From Balanoglossus misakiensis (taxonomy: Eukaryota > Animalia > Hemichordata), in the NCBI GenBank assembly GCA_040954595.2, contig CM082578.2, positions 1,470,831 through 1,534,830 of the forward strand: a stretch of 64,000 nt of DNA, in the 5' to 3' direction. Shown here one piece after another: positions 1-16,230 of this stretch. The notes under the pieces are model-generated. The model was given only the letters and a program-made list of their open reading frames with translations. It did no database searches and was not told where the DNA came from. The first letter of the stretch is position 1; the number at the start of each line of letters is the position of its first letter. Both the position numbers and the translations under genes were made by a program.

Positions 1-1
1 G

Positions 2-676
<675 letters not shown>

Positions 677-1289
677 CATCAGCACAACTGGATTCAAATA
701 CTCAGTGACACACACATTCAGATGCTTTATTATTGTGGATTAGGTACCTGTCAATATTTACATGCCACTTACAATTGCCTATCTGAGAAATATTTTTATT
801 TTCAGGCTCTCACCCCATCATCAGTGTAATATTCTTTTTACAGGGTTTCATCTCATTTACTGTGCAATTGTTTATTGTACAATATTACCATACTCTTGAT
901 TACCACAAGGCATAATACATGTGTGTTGCCCAGGAATGTTCCTCACAGATTTTACTATGTTGTCAGGTACACAGTCCAAACCACCATTTCCAGTTGCTAC
1001 TTATCTTGTTTTCTTCATTTCAGATCTTCGCCCAGTGAGTTCCAGTGACAAGATTGACAAAAAATCATCAGTTTCCATGAAGATCCATCATTTACTTGTG
1101 TTGTATTTTTATCATTTACTCTATGTTCTGTATTTTTTATGACTTTTGTAATATTATTTATATTTATTTGCTGATATATGTTCATTTGGAATTCTATATT
1201 TATTTGCCTTGTCATCAGTTCTACTTATATAAAATAAACACTGTTTACTTGGACAAAATGGTTTGGCTTGGTTACTCATAACATAATTA

Positions 1290-1890
1290 GCACTTAGATA
1301 TTCCTAATATGGCTGTTGAAATATGATAATTATTTGTTTATTTATTGTTTATTTGTTTACTCTTAGTGGGACCCGATAAACAGTTTGAAGTTATAAACAC
1401 AAGCCTACACCTCCAACCAACATACCTGGAAAATTTGAGCGTGATTGGCCCTCTAGATCAAATTTTACAGCAAAAACAACATTTTCAGCTATTTTTTGAC
1501 CAAAAATTGCTATTTTTAGCCCAATTTGCCCTCCTTTGTTTTTGAGTTTGGCCCTTTTGTATCACATGTTCACTTGTTCAGTTCATATACATATCAAATA
1601 ACCTTGTGATTTGGTATCATGATAGGGCTATTGTGAACTACATTAGTTCCAAATTTCTTGTGTTATTCCTAATTTAGCTGTTGAAATATGGTAATTATTT
1701 GTTTATTTATTGTTTATTTGTTTACTCTTAGTGGGACCCGATAAAAAGTTTGAAGTTATAAACACAAGCCTACACCTCCAACCAACATACCTGGAAAATT
1801 TGAGCGTGATTGGCCCTCTAGATCAAATTTTACAGCAAAAACAACATTTTCAGCCATTTTTTGACCAAAAATTGAATTTTTAGACCCATT
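1290..1890. repeat. ~220-bp direct repeat (period ~365 bp) in the piggyBac subterminal region
   Basis: gctgttgaaatatg...tttttagcccaa at ~1312-1525 recurs at ~1677-1890. Confidence 0.85.
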
Positions 1891-2109
1891 TTAAAGTACA
1901 AGTTATCAATCAATCATCATTTCCATAGTTGGCATTGATTCTCCATTTTGCACAGATATAAATTCATATGAGGTTTATAGGATTATGTAGCACTATGCAT
2001 GACTTACAAGTGCTTGAATGAAACTATGCATGTCAGGGAATTTTTCCTTAAAAGTCCTTGGCAGTGGGGATTACCTGTGCATGTAAGTCTATGGCATTGT
2101 AAGGGTTAA

Positions 2110-2463
2110 AGGGACAAAGTCTCTCTCCCGCTGCCCTTTTTCCATTAATTATGTTGATACAAGACACCGTTTGTGTTATTCTACATGTGGATATGTAGTG
2201 AATGAACGTTCAACCACATACAACTTCCATCCCACTTGTAGACACAAGAGTGAAAAACTCGCCAAAATGAATAATCGGTGATTACTGTTTATTCATTTTG
2301 GGCGAGTTTTTACTCTCATACCCTACAAATGGGATGGAAGTTGTTTGTGGTCGAAGGTTGATTACAAATGTATCTATATATCCACAGGTAGAATAACATA
2401 AACAGTGTCTTGTATCAAACATAATTAATGGAAAAAGGGCAGAGAGAGAGAGACTTTGTCCCT
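2110..2463. mobile_element. Kolobok-like MITE (AGGGACAAAGTCTCTCTC...GAGAGACTTTGTCCCT, TTAA flanks), a multi-copy family
   Basis: Palindromic with TTAA on both sides. Relatives at ~5420-5747, ~9937-10057, ~23773-24080, ~49847-50100, 50502-52016, ~58766-59023, ~59426-60940 and 61551-61918. Superfamily inferred from RR termini plus TTAA. Confidence 0.75.
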
Positions 2464-2585
2464 TTAATGCTGACAAAATTTTGTCATATTATTTTGCAGT
2501 GATTTTAGTATGACAATTTTGGCAGACATTACTTCAAACTATACAACTTTGGAACACAATTTTGAAATTCAATTAAACACATATA

Positions 2586-3005
2586 TACTGTAAAACGGTA
2601 AACTTTTGCAACATGAAATTTTCGCGTTCTTGTATTTCACTGCATCATTATCCCTGAAAAACATTTTTATGCGACTTTTTATTTTTTACCCTTTGATGGC
2701 TCTCGCATAGTTCACGAAAATTTATCATTTGCGAAAATTTCCCGTTTTACAGTATTTGAGTAGCTGTTACAGCAGGAAATGCAACAAGGATTGAATACTG
2801 TAAAACGGGACATTTTCGTGAATGATAATTTTTCGCCAGCTACGTGAGAGCCAAAAAACATGAAAATAAAGACTCGCATAAAATGTTTTTTTCGGAGATA
2901 ACTATGCAGTAAAATATGACAATGTGAAAATTAATTGTCGTGTAACAGTAGCCACCTTTGATATCGCGAAAATTTCCTGTTGTGAAGATTTCCCGTTTTA
3001 CGGTA
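2586..3005. mobile_element. Two TA-flanked MITEs (TACTGTAAAACGG...CCGTTTTACAGTA, ~170-210 bp), the most abundant family in the window
   Basis: Copies at 2586-2754, 2796-3005, ~6113-6324, ~7660-7850, ~10980-11120, ~14863-15072, ~17121-17332, ~17920-18091, ~30050-30257, ~32085-32279, ~36265-36410, ~47645-47840, ~56564-56759, ~62041-62209 and ~62251-62450. Confidence 0.8.
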
Positions 3006-3042
3006 TTAACAATGCATGCTTAATTTGTCTTTGTTTCTGAAG

Positions 3043-3226
3043 GTATACAATGGTACTGAGAGTGATGATGATGTCATTATTGGTCCATGGAGTGGCAATT
3101 CTGATGAAGTCATTGATGGCACATTGCCACCACCCGATTGCCGTACAGACATTGGACACTTTTCGGTTGTGTTCAGGAGTAGTAGAACACGACCAGCTAA
3201 AGGATTCAGGGCGTCATTTTCACCAG
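3043..3226 (+). CDS. Exon: second half of CUB domain 3
   Basis: ag|GTATAC...CCAG|gt; VYNGTESDDDVIIGPWSG...FSVVFRSS...KGFRASFS. Near-identical exon at 62488-62671. Confidence 0.85.
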
Positions 3227-3400
3227 GTATACATAACTTACTAACATTTCAGAAAAGGATGTTACAGAATTCTTAGAAACACGCACTCCCTTTATTCCTT
3301 ATGATTTAGAGTCATTAAGTGAAAGGTGGAAAGATTTTTGAATATGCTTCGTTCATTCTAAGAATGATCTAATTTCAGGGACTTGTTGATGAATTGTAAT

Positions 3401-4150
3401 GTTTATAATCTTTACGGCCCTGATACGGGTTTTGTGGCCCGAGGTCGTACGGCGGAAGCGCCCGACCGCAGGGAGGGCGGGAATCGACGTACGACCGATG
3501 GCCGCAAAACCCGTATCAGGGCCGTAAAGGTTTTATCATATGCCTTATTGAACGATAATCTACAAGAAACTAATAAAATACACATTCTGTAATATTTTGG
3601 AATGTAAATATTATGTGTTTATCTATCGTTTTGGAATGATCTATCCCGTAGCATAGAGGCGCATTCCTCCAGTTCTTGCGGATTGATATGCACGATGTCA
3701 TTTGTTTATATTCTATTGCACGTGAGATATAGACGCGCTCGAACGCACAGAGCCGAGCGCGAGCAAAACATTATTTTTTCTTTGCGACGACCGACGCCGA
3801 CAGTCACACATTAATCAAATCAAATCATCAATTTTACTATTCATATTTCCAAATAAAGCTCTACAACATGCAGCGATTACGGAAGATGATGAGATTCGGT
3901 AGCGGCATAGGACATACACACACTGCAAGTGCACTAGTCACTGACACCGCACCAGAAAAATTTAATTCCGAACGTAGCAATGACAACTTTCGAATCTCGC
4001 GCAATAAACACAAAACTAGATCCGGATATTGAACGCGTCTTCCAAATATGGTCACCGGGCCGGGGCGTGATAAGCAAAAAAACTGCACGGATGTGAGGGC
4101 GCTTTTCCCCATAGATATTACGTGGGCACGTGAATATAGGCATATGATAA
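3401..4150. mobile_element. Non-autonomous element with a long terminal hairpin and asymmetric inverted repeat
   Basis: Hairpin at ~3406-3533; TTATCATATGCCT (~3533) pairs with AGGCATATGATAA (~4138-4150). A copy lies at ~62846-63696. Confidence 0.6.
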
Positions 4151-4151
4151 T

Positions 4152-4499
4152 CAGTGTTTCCGCTACCCGCTCGCCAAATCGCAAATGCGAGTAAAAAATT
4201 GTGTTTGGCGAGACGATTTTCATACAAATTAGCCAAACTTGCGAAGCACTGCTATCTAACATCGTCGTTTCTTGTGCCATGATCAGCGCGAGTTCACTGC
4301 ACTACAACGCGTGAAAGTGGACCGTTGTTCTGTTCATTGATCATCACCCCCTGTATATCATGAACATCGTAAGGCAATGCATTGAATTCAGCTGTTGCGG
4401 CAGCATTGGTTTGGCTAATGCAAAGTCAAGTTTGGCTAGTAAATTTTCATGTCTTTTAGCCAAATTGCTAGAAGATTTTGAAACCCAGAGGAAACACTG
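4152..4499. mobile_element. hAT-like MITE, TIR CAGTGTTTCC/GGAAACACTG, 6-bp TSD GATAAT
   Basis: GATAAT at 4146-4151 and 4500-4505. The element is absent (single GATAAT) at the paralogous site ~63692. Confidence 0.75.
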
Positions 4500-4598
4500 G
4501 ATAATAAACATACAAATGCGGCACGACGACCCCTCACATTTATGAGTCAAAGTATTTGTCTGCATGCATTCTTATCATTGTGATCCTTGTTCTGACAG

Positions 4599-7129
4599 AC
4601 TGTCCCGAAATTGTGATTGGTGAGGGCGTGGTGACCAGTACAGATGATAGAAGCTATGATGTCACTGTCTCATTCCAATGCTTGGATGGTTATCAGAAAG
4701 TGTCTGGTACTGTCTCTTCTCTCACTTGTCTCTTTGGTGGAAACTGGAATGAAGAGGATCCTCTCAAGTTACCAGCATGTCAAAGTAAGGCAATAGTGCA
4801 CTATTCTTCGATATCAAATAACGTCAGACGCAGTTCCGTTGGCATTCAAATTTCCAGATGACGGGCAACATCAACAACTTGGTGCAGACAAAGACAGTGC
4901 AGATGAAACGCCATGAGGCTGATGAGGCACCATACCTGATACATGTTACGTGTCTGGTAGTTCTAAAGTAAAAACATACTCGGAAAAACTTTTACTGGAT
5001 GCCGAAATATTGTTTGCCCGTCATCTGGAAATGACAACACCGTGGGTCACATGGCCAGATCACGTGATTGATAGTAAAGAATTGGTAGGACCGAATCCAG
5101 TAGAAGGGGTCCAGCTAATTTCTACATAATTTGGTAGCTTTGAGGTCACTCTTTCAGAAGAAAAAAAAAAACATTATTAGAAACCCATTGCCTGTTGATT
5201 TCCAGTGCGTAAACAAGCCTACATTTCCTGTTCCACAGTTCAGTCAAGTTTAGGAGAAAACTAAAGTCGTCTCAATGTGAACTGTAACTCATGTAGGAAT
5301 TAATGACTTCTCGTACAGGTGTCATGTTGTTTGTAGCTATAAAATTTCTGTGATGGGAATTATTAATGTGAAGATATGATTCAATCTAACTTATATTTGT
5401 TTATTTTATGAACACTTAAAGGGACAAAGTCTCACTCGCTGCCCTTTTCCATGAATTATGTTTGATATAAGACACTGTTTATGTTATTCTACATGTGGGT
5501 ATACATGTATAGTGAATCAACGTTCGACCACACACAACTTCCATACTGTTGAGTAATGAGAGTAAAAATCTCGCCAAAATGAGTAAATGGTAGAGACCGA
5601 TTATTCATTTTGGCGAGTTTTTCACTCTTGTGTCTATAAATGGGATGGAATTTGTGTGTGGTTGAATGTTGTTTCACTATACCATGGTGTCTTGTATCAA
5701 AGATGATTAATGAAAAAGGGGCAGCGAGATAGACTTAATTTGTCCCTTGAATCTATTGTTAGTAACAACTTGAATGACACTAATTTGTTGTTTATTTTTT
5801 AGGAATAACATGTGGTGGACCCCCTGAGTGCAGCAGTGGAATTCTTACCAATGTTACCAGTACAGTGTATGGTGGAATTGCTTATTATCAATGCATTGAG
5901 GGCCATCAGTTTATAAATAATGTGACTTCATTGGAATGCCAAGCAGATGGTGTCTGGGGTCCGCTTGTGCCCCAATGCGAGCGTAAGTTGATATTTTTGA
6001 AAACAATTAAACTGTCATTGTAGTGCACACGTAGGAGACGGATTTTACAGGGTATATTGGCCTACTGTTTGGAGTAGAACAAAACATTGCATTTGGTACA
6101 GAGAACAAAAAATACTCTAAAACAGGTTATTTTCGCAACAGGAAATTTTCGCAATATCGAAAGAGGCAACTGTTATGCGAGGATTAATTTTCGCGTTTTC
6201 ATATATCACTAACTGCATTGTTATCTCTGAAAAACATTTTACGCGACTTTTTATTTACATGTTCTTTGGCTCTCGCGTATTTCGCTGAAATGTTTTGCTC
6301 GCGAAAATAGCCCATTTTGCAGTACTTAAAATAAAGCCAATTACAAGTTACTGTAGCTACATGTAATGTCCCTTTAAACTTTTTTCCTAGTAGTAACACG
6401 CTTGTGATGTTATCTGTTCATCTTACCCAAACAGCTCGTGAGTGTCCACCACCGAATGTAGACAACTACTTATCTTATGAAATTGTTAATGGTGATTCAT
6501 TGGTTTTTGGAACAACCATTGCCTACTCATGTCCATCTGGCTACAGTCTGACTGGCTACACTGTCTCTACATGTGGTGAAGATGGATCTTGGATTGGAGA
6601 TCCAGGATACTGTCAACGTAAGTCATTTAAGGACATGTACGTTCACTAAAATTGAAAGTATGGTCATTTCTTTTAATTGTTGATTTTTGGATTCGCCTTT
6701 GTATGTATAATGAAAATCAGTAATGAAATATACGGGTCACCGTGCTTGTTTTTGAAATACAGAGCCATGAATTCAGTCGATAATAGAAGAAAAGGAGTCT
6801 ATGGTATCTGGACTTTTATAGTGGGAACTTGGGGTGAAAAGGTTAAAGTTGTTTCACAATACAGGTACCTGATACATACCGGTATACCACAACCAAGTCT
6901 GAATCCACATAATCCATAAAGATGTTTTATTTTTTTTTACTTGCAGGATTAAACTGCAGTGACATACTCATAACAGACCAACATTTACAAGCTGTCCCAG
7001 ATAGTGGACCATATTATATGGGCAGCAACATCACATTCTATTGCGATGCTGGCTATGAATTAAATGGTGCTGATTATCTGACTTGTCAATCAGATTTACA
7101 GTGGAAGGATGCAATACCATCATGCATTG
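4599..7129 (+). CDS. Four sushi/CCP exons: 4599-4784, 5803-5982, 6435-6617, 6947-7129
   Basis: Each is a phase 1-1 exon with the C..P...C..GY...C...W...P.C pattern and canonical splice sites. Confidence 0.88.
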
Positions 7130-7173
7130 GTAAGTTCACATCATGATTGGTCTTCATGTGGTTGTCTGCTTAT

Positions 7174-7482
7174 TAGGCCAAAAAAGGAAATGTTTCTGGT
7201 CAGACCCTTCTTTAAAAACTGGTGGGGGGACGCAAATTTAAAAATAAAAATTTCCCTCAAGGGAGGAAGGCCGTCAGTTTTATAGTTTTTATCAATATAG
7301 TCACATGTACACTGTTCATGCAGTCATTGATTACACGCCCCAAAATGTCCAGTGATTTATATCTAGTTGAAGCAGTTTGAGTTTGCCGTGGCCGCCACCA
7401 CAAACCAGGAAAAAAATGGGGGTGACGCGCTGTTATTCAAGTGACCCACGCGCTGACCAGAAACATTTCATTTTTTGGCCTG
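7174..7482. mobile_element. MITE with AGGCCAAAAAA...TTTTTTGGCCT termini
   Basis: Terminal inverted repeats; elements with similar termini at ~21535-21810 and ~26145-26492. Confidence 0.55.
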
Positions 7483-7941
7483 AGTTATTGTAATCACTCC
7501 AGTAATTCGACTGCTCCATTAGTTTGACCACCCACTAATCTTTGGATAATTAATTATTCTAAAACCTCCAATTGTTCAACCAGTGCGTGACTGCATAATT
7601 CCCCCACCCCTCACCCCCAACCCCGGAGTTTTAATATCCTCATATAAGTGCCCTTTATCGCTACAGGAAATTTTTGCGACCGGAAATTTTCGCGATATAA
7701 AAAGCAGAAACTGTTACGAGACGATTAAGTTTCATGTTCTCGTATTTCACTGCATTGTCATCACTGAAAAACATTTTTAAGCGAATTTTTATTTTCACTA
7801 CGTCTTTTTTGGCTCTCTAGCGTAAAAATTTACTGTTTGCGAAAATTTCCCGGTGGTCTATTACCCAGCTAAACTTGTTGGTCCGAATTTTCCCCTTGGA
7901 CCTCTGGGATTTTGATCATATCTTGATGAATAACATTTCAG

Positions 7942-8711
7942 ATATCAATGAATGTAGTACATTGGTGGCACCATGTGGAATCAATCAAGTCTGTGAAAAT
8001 AGAGATGGTGACTATCAGTGTGCATGTCTGGTGGGATTTGAACCGGATGTGAATGGAACAGCATGCAAAGGTGAGACATACCCAGTCACATACAACATAA
8101 CTTCAAGTCACTATTCACATTTAACACATTCCAAACTATCTGGATAAATTTTTAGAATTTCCTTGTAATTTTAAATTTTCTTCAACAGACATAAGTGTTG
8201 CCATCACCTTGACACAACTTTATCATAATTTATCTTTTAAGTTCATTCACAACCTAAAAACAGTCATTTCCTGGAAATGTTCATCTGTTTTCTCTAAAAT
8301 ATCAGCTGAACTGTTTTGTAGAAGGAAATGTTCAACTAATTATTTCACAGATTTTTTTTCTCCCAAAAATTGCTGAATTTTTCACTGATTTCCCCCCCCC
8401 CCCTAAATTCAGCTGAATTTTACACTGATCAGACACTTTTGGAAAGGTGTGGCACAAATTACTGAACGTACATCCTTAATGCAATTTTTTAATCCAACCC
8501 ATGTTCCTTCTTTACTACTTTGTAGATATAAATGAATGTGCTTCACATTCTTGTGATCAACTTTGTGAAAACACTGCAGGTGGTTTTCAGTGTTCCTGTG
8601 AAGAAGGCTATCTCTTATATGCAAATAACGGCACAGGTGGATTCTATCTACCACCTGGAGAAACTGGTCTCTCAATGTATGATGTCTACACTTTTAACCA
8701 ATCATGTGTTC
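7942..8711 (+). CDS. Two calcium-binding EGF exons: 7942-8070, 8526-8711
   Basis: DINEC motifs, six Cys each, canonical splice sites. Confidence 0.9.
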
Positions 8712-9635
8712 GTAAGTATCATGTTAAACTATAGAGTTAAAGGTATATGATCACCCATGGAAAATTAGCTATAATAGTAACCATGGAAAATTGAAATCTA
8801 GCCAATCACAGACTTTCAGTGGGAGGTACACGTGAAAAAAGAGCGCCACGATATGTTCTTTAGAAGGCTCTAATATGCCATTTCAGCCATATATGGGCAT
8901 ATATAAATTGGAGGTGACTGTATACCTTTAACCAATATTTGTCATATTATTGACCTTTATACCGCAATGAATTTGCAGCGACAAAAATTGGACAAATGGC
9001 TGAATTTCATAATTGGATTTCATAATTTTGCCGTAATTCAGTTATGAAATGTGGAGAAACTCAGCAGACCAACTTTGCACCGTTATTATTCATTTTGGAT
9101 TTGTTTCTCTCCTGCTAACAAAAGTGTGCTCTCACCTTATGGCATGAACATGCATTGAATTCTGAGGAAAAGGGGATTAATACTTGAGTGTATTTACAAA
9201 GACAAACAAGCTCACTGGTAGCATTTAAAGGGGAAGTCCGGTTCAGCTACATAATTGGGTAGCTTTGAGGTAATTCTTTCAGAAAAAAACATTGTGTAGA
9301 AATTATGCATAAATCAGCTGAACAGTACTTCCCTTTTAATATTTCCAAGCAAGGCAATTGGTTTACTGCAACAATTATTACTTTGAAAACACAGTGTAAA
9401 ACAACAATCATGATATACCGGTAAATGTTACTTTAATAGATAGTCATACTTATATAAGCATGACTGTCTATGTTGGTCTGTAAGTTGTATTTGAAAGAAA
9501 AGTTTCATGTACGAATAGTACGAAGATTGACATTTAGTGTTCTATGTAATGGCTATAGTTTGTCATTCTATAAAAACATATATTAATTTGTGTGTACTTC
9601 ACCAATATTCTCTTCTTATTCCTAATCTTGTACAG

Positions 9636-11490
<1,855 letters not shown>

Positions 11491-11679
11491 TAAACATCGT
11501 GGTGTGCTGAAACAGTACCGTGATAACTTCTATGTTCATGTAGTGTGATATATGGAGAAATGGTTCAGAATGCCCGCTTCCAAAACAACAGAGAGGCTTT
11601 AAAAGCAATTTGAATGTTGAAGTGAAACGTGACAAACAGAATTCAATCAGCATAACCTCTATTGCCTCCATTGTCATAG

Positions 11680-12739
11680 AAACGGAAACGGTCACAGACA
11701 TGTCAACTGCAGAGCTTGGGACGACAGAAATGGATGGAACTGATAGAGCGGCAACAGAAGAGGAAGAAGTGACCACATTGCGGATGAAAATCTCCACAGC
11801 AGCTGCAGACACAGATGTTATGAGAACCACCAAGAGAGCACAGACAGATGGCATGGTAACCACAACGGCAAAAGTACACACAGATGATGTGGCAACCACG
11901 GCGACAAAAGTACACACAGATGATTTGGTAACCACGACGGCAAGAGTACACACTGATGCTCAAACAAGAGATGCAACAGGTACGTCAAGTACAAACATCC
12001 ACTGAATATCTGAAAACAATATGACAAGTTTACTTTACAGATGTCCTCTCAGTGGAAGTGAAAGTATCTCATTTCTTTTAATTGTGGATTTTTGGTTTCT
12101 CATTTGTTAGCATAATGAAAAGCTGTATAATACAGGGGTCACCATGATTGAATTTAGTCATGGCCTTGTGTAGTTGAAAAACAAACAAACAGCTGAGTCA
12201 GCATTTCTTCACCCAAAAACATTTAACGATATTTATCTCTGAATAGACTGTGGTGACCATACAATTTTATTTGACCAATGAATTTATTTTCATTTAACTG
12301 AGCTAAATTGTCATGAAAATGACAATAGTAGTGAGTTTATATCAATCTAATCCCATGCGAAGAGACAAATGTGCACGAATTTGCGCAGTTTACAAGTTTA
12401 CGTTCTGTGTGTACATCAGTAATAGGTTGTGTAGCAAAATGTAGCAATAACATCCAAATTCCATTCCAGTCAAGTTATTTATCATATAGTTATATTAAAT
12501 AATTGATATTAAATAATCATTAGTGAGATCTATGGAATCTCACATATTTTAATGCAGAATGACTTGATTTCCATATGCAGGTTATGAGGCGCCATCAACG
12601 CAGGCAATCACTGTGACTGAAAGAAAACCAACGACAGATTCAGATAAAGAATTTACAACATCTGAAACTACTAGTGCACCACTTTCAACTAAAATATCAA
12701 CAACAAAACCAGTGACACCTTCTCATGATGTATCAACAG
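11680..12739 (+). CDS. Mucin-like Thr-rich exons 11680-11979 (33-bp repeats, TTAKVHTDDVA) and 12581-12739
   Basis: Phase 1-1 exons, open and T/S/E/D-rich. Confidence 0.75.
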
Positions 12740-13430
12740 GTAATTATACTGTGTATTCGTATAATTCGTATTCATATCAGTATTTGTCCTTTTATTGCCA
12801 CAATTTAAGAAAGGAATATATTTTGTGGCAGAGAAATGGTAAATACTTAATACCGTATACCAGTATATCTAATTTTTTACATTGGCAATATGGAGCAAGA
12901 AACATAGCATAGCGCTAGTCAAGTCTTGCCCCATTGTCACATATATAGTAATATACATTGCAATTACTGAACAATATTATGGCTTCTGCTGAATGTGTGT
13001 GTGTACCGATAAACTGTGCATATTGACTGGCAGTGAGGGCAACAGCATACATTTGTTTCCCTAAGGGACTGTGAGTCAACCCAGAACAGTCTGTTTTTAG
13101 AGGCTGAAGGCCGATGGAAACAGATTGTTTTGGGGGTAATTTGCATTCCCGAGGGGACACAAACGTATGCTGTTATCCGAACATGGCTAGTCGATATGTG
13201 TTTCAGTATCAGAAAGCAGCACAAATCAGGAAATTTCTCTGCTGTACATCATCAATTGGTCTTCATTGTAGATGATATATCACCACTGTACAAGGTCCCA
13301 TACCTGTAAATAAATGATAAAAGCTTACACACAAACACATTTCACCAGATTAGAAAATGTACCACACAAACCCATTTTAGGATATTAACTCTTCTCAAAG
13401 AATATCTTGCTTGTGTTGTTGATTTTACAG

Positions 13431-14720
13431 TCAGTAGAGATTGTGGAACCTTTGAGACTTTTGTAAACGCAACTTGTGAGAAGTACATTGAGACAACAAC
13501 TGATGGTACCTGTTCATTTGGAACATTCTACACAAGTATGGTCGCTGGTATGGCCAATTTTCAAGATTCACATGTAAGTATAAAGTTAGTTCTTGAAAGT
13601 CTATGTACCGCTAAATGTTTTGCTCCAGTGTCAATACTGACCAGATTGTCTCCAATTTCTCATTGTGATTTGTAACATTGTTATGAATGATTTTATTTTG
13701 TCTTGTTTTGTGTGTTGCACTGTATTTTTTTAAATTTCTCACCCAAGATTGATTTAATCACTAAATGTACTTGAAAAAAACTGCATACTGTAGTATTTCC
13801 AGTGTTGTCTAAAGGAGTTTTTTGGTTTGTGTAATTGCAGGTTTGCGGGCAATGCCTGAATGTGATTGGTTCAAATGATGCATCTGTAGTTGTCCGGGTA
13901 ACAGACATGTGCATGTACCCATACTGCATGATTGATGAAAATGGTCTGGTTCTAAGTCAGGATGCTTACAACATCTTGTCAGATGGTGAAAGTCCTTCAT
14001 CTCTTCTTGTATCCTACTCAGTTGTTGCCTGTCCTGAGGATGTCTCTATCAAGTTCAAGGTTTGTGAAACAACACAAGTATTAACTAATTTAGATACCCT
14101 TGTCTTAAATTGCTACTTAAAAGTAAATATTCACTTGTAGTTGTCACATCACTGCAAAATTGTTTGAAACCTCACAAGCCATCTTCTTAACAGTATTTTT
14201 AACTCATGATTGTCTATGGGGCCGAGCCTCAACGCATATACACAAACTTTGTGTGTGTGGACACAATGCTCTGAGTTTATCATAGGCAAATAGTGTCTCA
14301 CATTTTTCCCTGTGTGAACCTGGTATGTGTCATTCATTTTGTGAGTGTATCACATATTGATTGATTAATTTGTTTATTTAGTTTGCAGAGAGCATTTCTG
14401 CATCATTCAGCTTATTAATATTGGATCATCGTTACCCTGTCACCACTGTGGAAGTCCACACAACTGGTCCCTGGATTTAACTCTAGACAGACTCAGTGAT
14501 AACTTATTTGAACCACCCATTGGTTCTGGTGATATACAAGCCCCTCTCAATGTCAAGGTCTATTCGGTGTCTGGTAAAATTAACTACAGGGTTAGAGAGT
14601 TTCAGTTTGGTGAGATTATTGACACCTCCAAGCAATTTCGACATTGTGAGGATGATGAGCTTGAAGTTACTACACTTCCAGACTTTGGAATAGTTACAAC
14701 AATCGAGAGTACGCTTGAAG
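13431..14720 (+). pseudogene. Expansin-like domain copy 1 (exons 13431-13573, 13841-14059, 14382-14720); 2-bp insertion gives TAA at 14478-14480
   Basis: DGTCSFG...CGQCLNVIG...SVVVRVTDMC...LVLSQDAY...VSYSVVACP (DPBB) followed by HRYPVTTVEV...GPWI (CBM63). The third exon is 339 bp versus 337 bp in copy 2. Confidence 0.8.
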
Positions 14721-15239
14721 GTAAGATTGTGTTTCAGTTTCATAGTTTAGGTCCAATTTGGTATATACCAGTATACATATATACTACACCATGGGACCTT
14801 ATGGGATCAAGGTAGTCTGTCTGTCTGTATGTCTGTATGCCTGTCTGTCTATCTGTATGTATGTACTGTTAAACGGGTCATTTTCGTGACGAAATTGTTC
14901 ATGATATCAATGGAGGCAAATGTCTCGCTAGGATTAATTTTCATGATCTCTTATTTTTACTGGATAGTTATTTCTGAAAAATATTTTATGTGACTTATTA
15001 TTTTCATGTATTTTGGCTATCGCATATTTCACGAAAAATTTAATGCTCGCGAAAATAACCCGTTTTACAGTATGTTTGTATGTATGGATGGATGGATGGA
15101 TGCATGCATGTATGAATGTATGTATGAATGTAGGTATGAATGTAGGTATGAATGTATATTAAATGCAAGTAGTGGACATTCTATGGTTTGTGAGAAATCA
15201 GAAGCGCTTATTCTTCATGTATCCTTCCTGCCAAAACAG

Positions 15240-15851
15240 ACGAGATGCAATCTACTCAGGAGGGTCCAACAACATTGCCTGGGTACATTACAACCCGGGG
15301 GCCTGAGACTGATTCCTTCACCAGTCGGTCTACAAGAACTGAAGTGACAAGTGGAACAACAGTTTCATCTGAAGAGATCACAACTGGTCTCCACTCGACC
15401 ACCCATGTTATAGTCACAGATCAGGATGAAGTCAGCTCAGCAATATCCGAGACTGTCACAACTGCAACTCTGTCAACAACAAGCGTCAATCCTACGATAC
15501 TTTCAACGATGGAAGATGAAGAAGACACCACAGAAACAGCAACAAGAACTGATATAGGCCCAACTGCAACAGATGTAACAAGTGCTCAAAGAGCAACTAC
15601 TGATATCAAGCCTAACCCAACAACAGCTGAGCCAGTCACACAAAAGTCTTTGACAACAGAATATGAAATCAGGTCAACAGAATCCAAAACAAGAATAGTA
15701 ACAGATGTAGATACAAGTACATCCCTGCCTACAACTAGTGTCCAAGAACTGACCACCGAACGCACTGAATTTCAATCGAAATCTTCGGAACCACTTTCAA
15801 CTAAAATATCAACAACAAAACCAGTGACACCTTCTCATGATGTAACAACAG
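15240..15851 (+). CDS. Mucin-like Thr-rich exon between the two expansin-like domains
   Basis: Open 612-bp phase 1-1 exon. Its 3' end (PLSTKISTTKPVTPSHDV) duplicates that of exon 12581-12739. Confidence 0.8.
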
Positions 15852-16230
15852 GTAATTATACTACGTATAAAGACTACGCATGTAAACTCGTCTTGGGCAG
15901 CTAATGGTTGCCACTCAGAATAAAAATAGCTAAAAGATACAAAAATGGACCTTTCAGACATTATGAAAAAAAGTCTTGTACATTGTTTGCAATTGCCAGC
16001 AACTGTCCAAATGCACACTATTTGGCTGAAATTCAGCAGAAGTGTACAAGTCATGGAGCCTTGGAAGCAAAGAAAAATACGCCTGTTTTTCAAAAATCAG
16101 TATCGTTTATGACATATAACATTACACCCTCAATTTTTGTGCATAAATTATTTTTTATAGTTGTGTGATTCTGATTGAAACCAAGATTACATATTGATTG
16201 AATATATGTTAACATATGTTGTTGTTGCAG

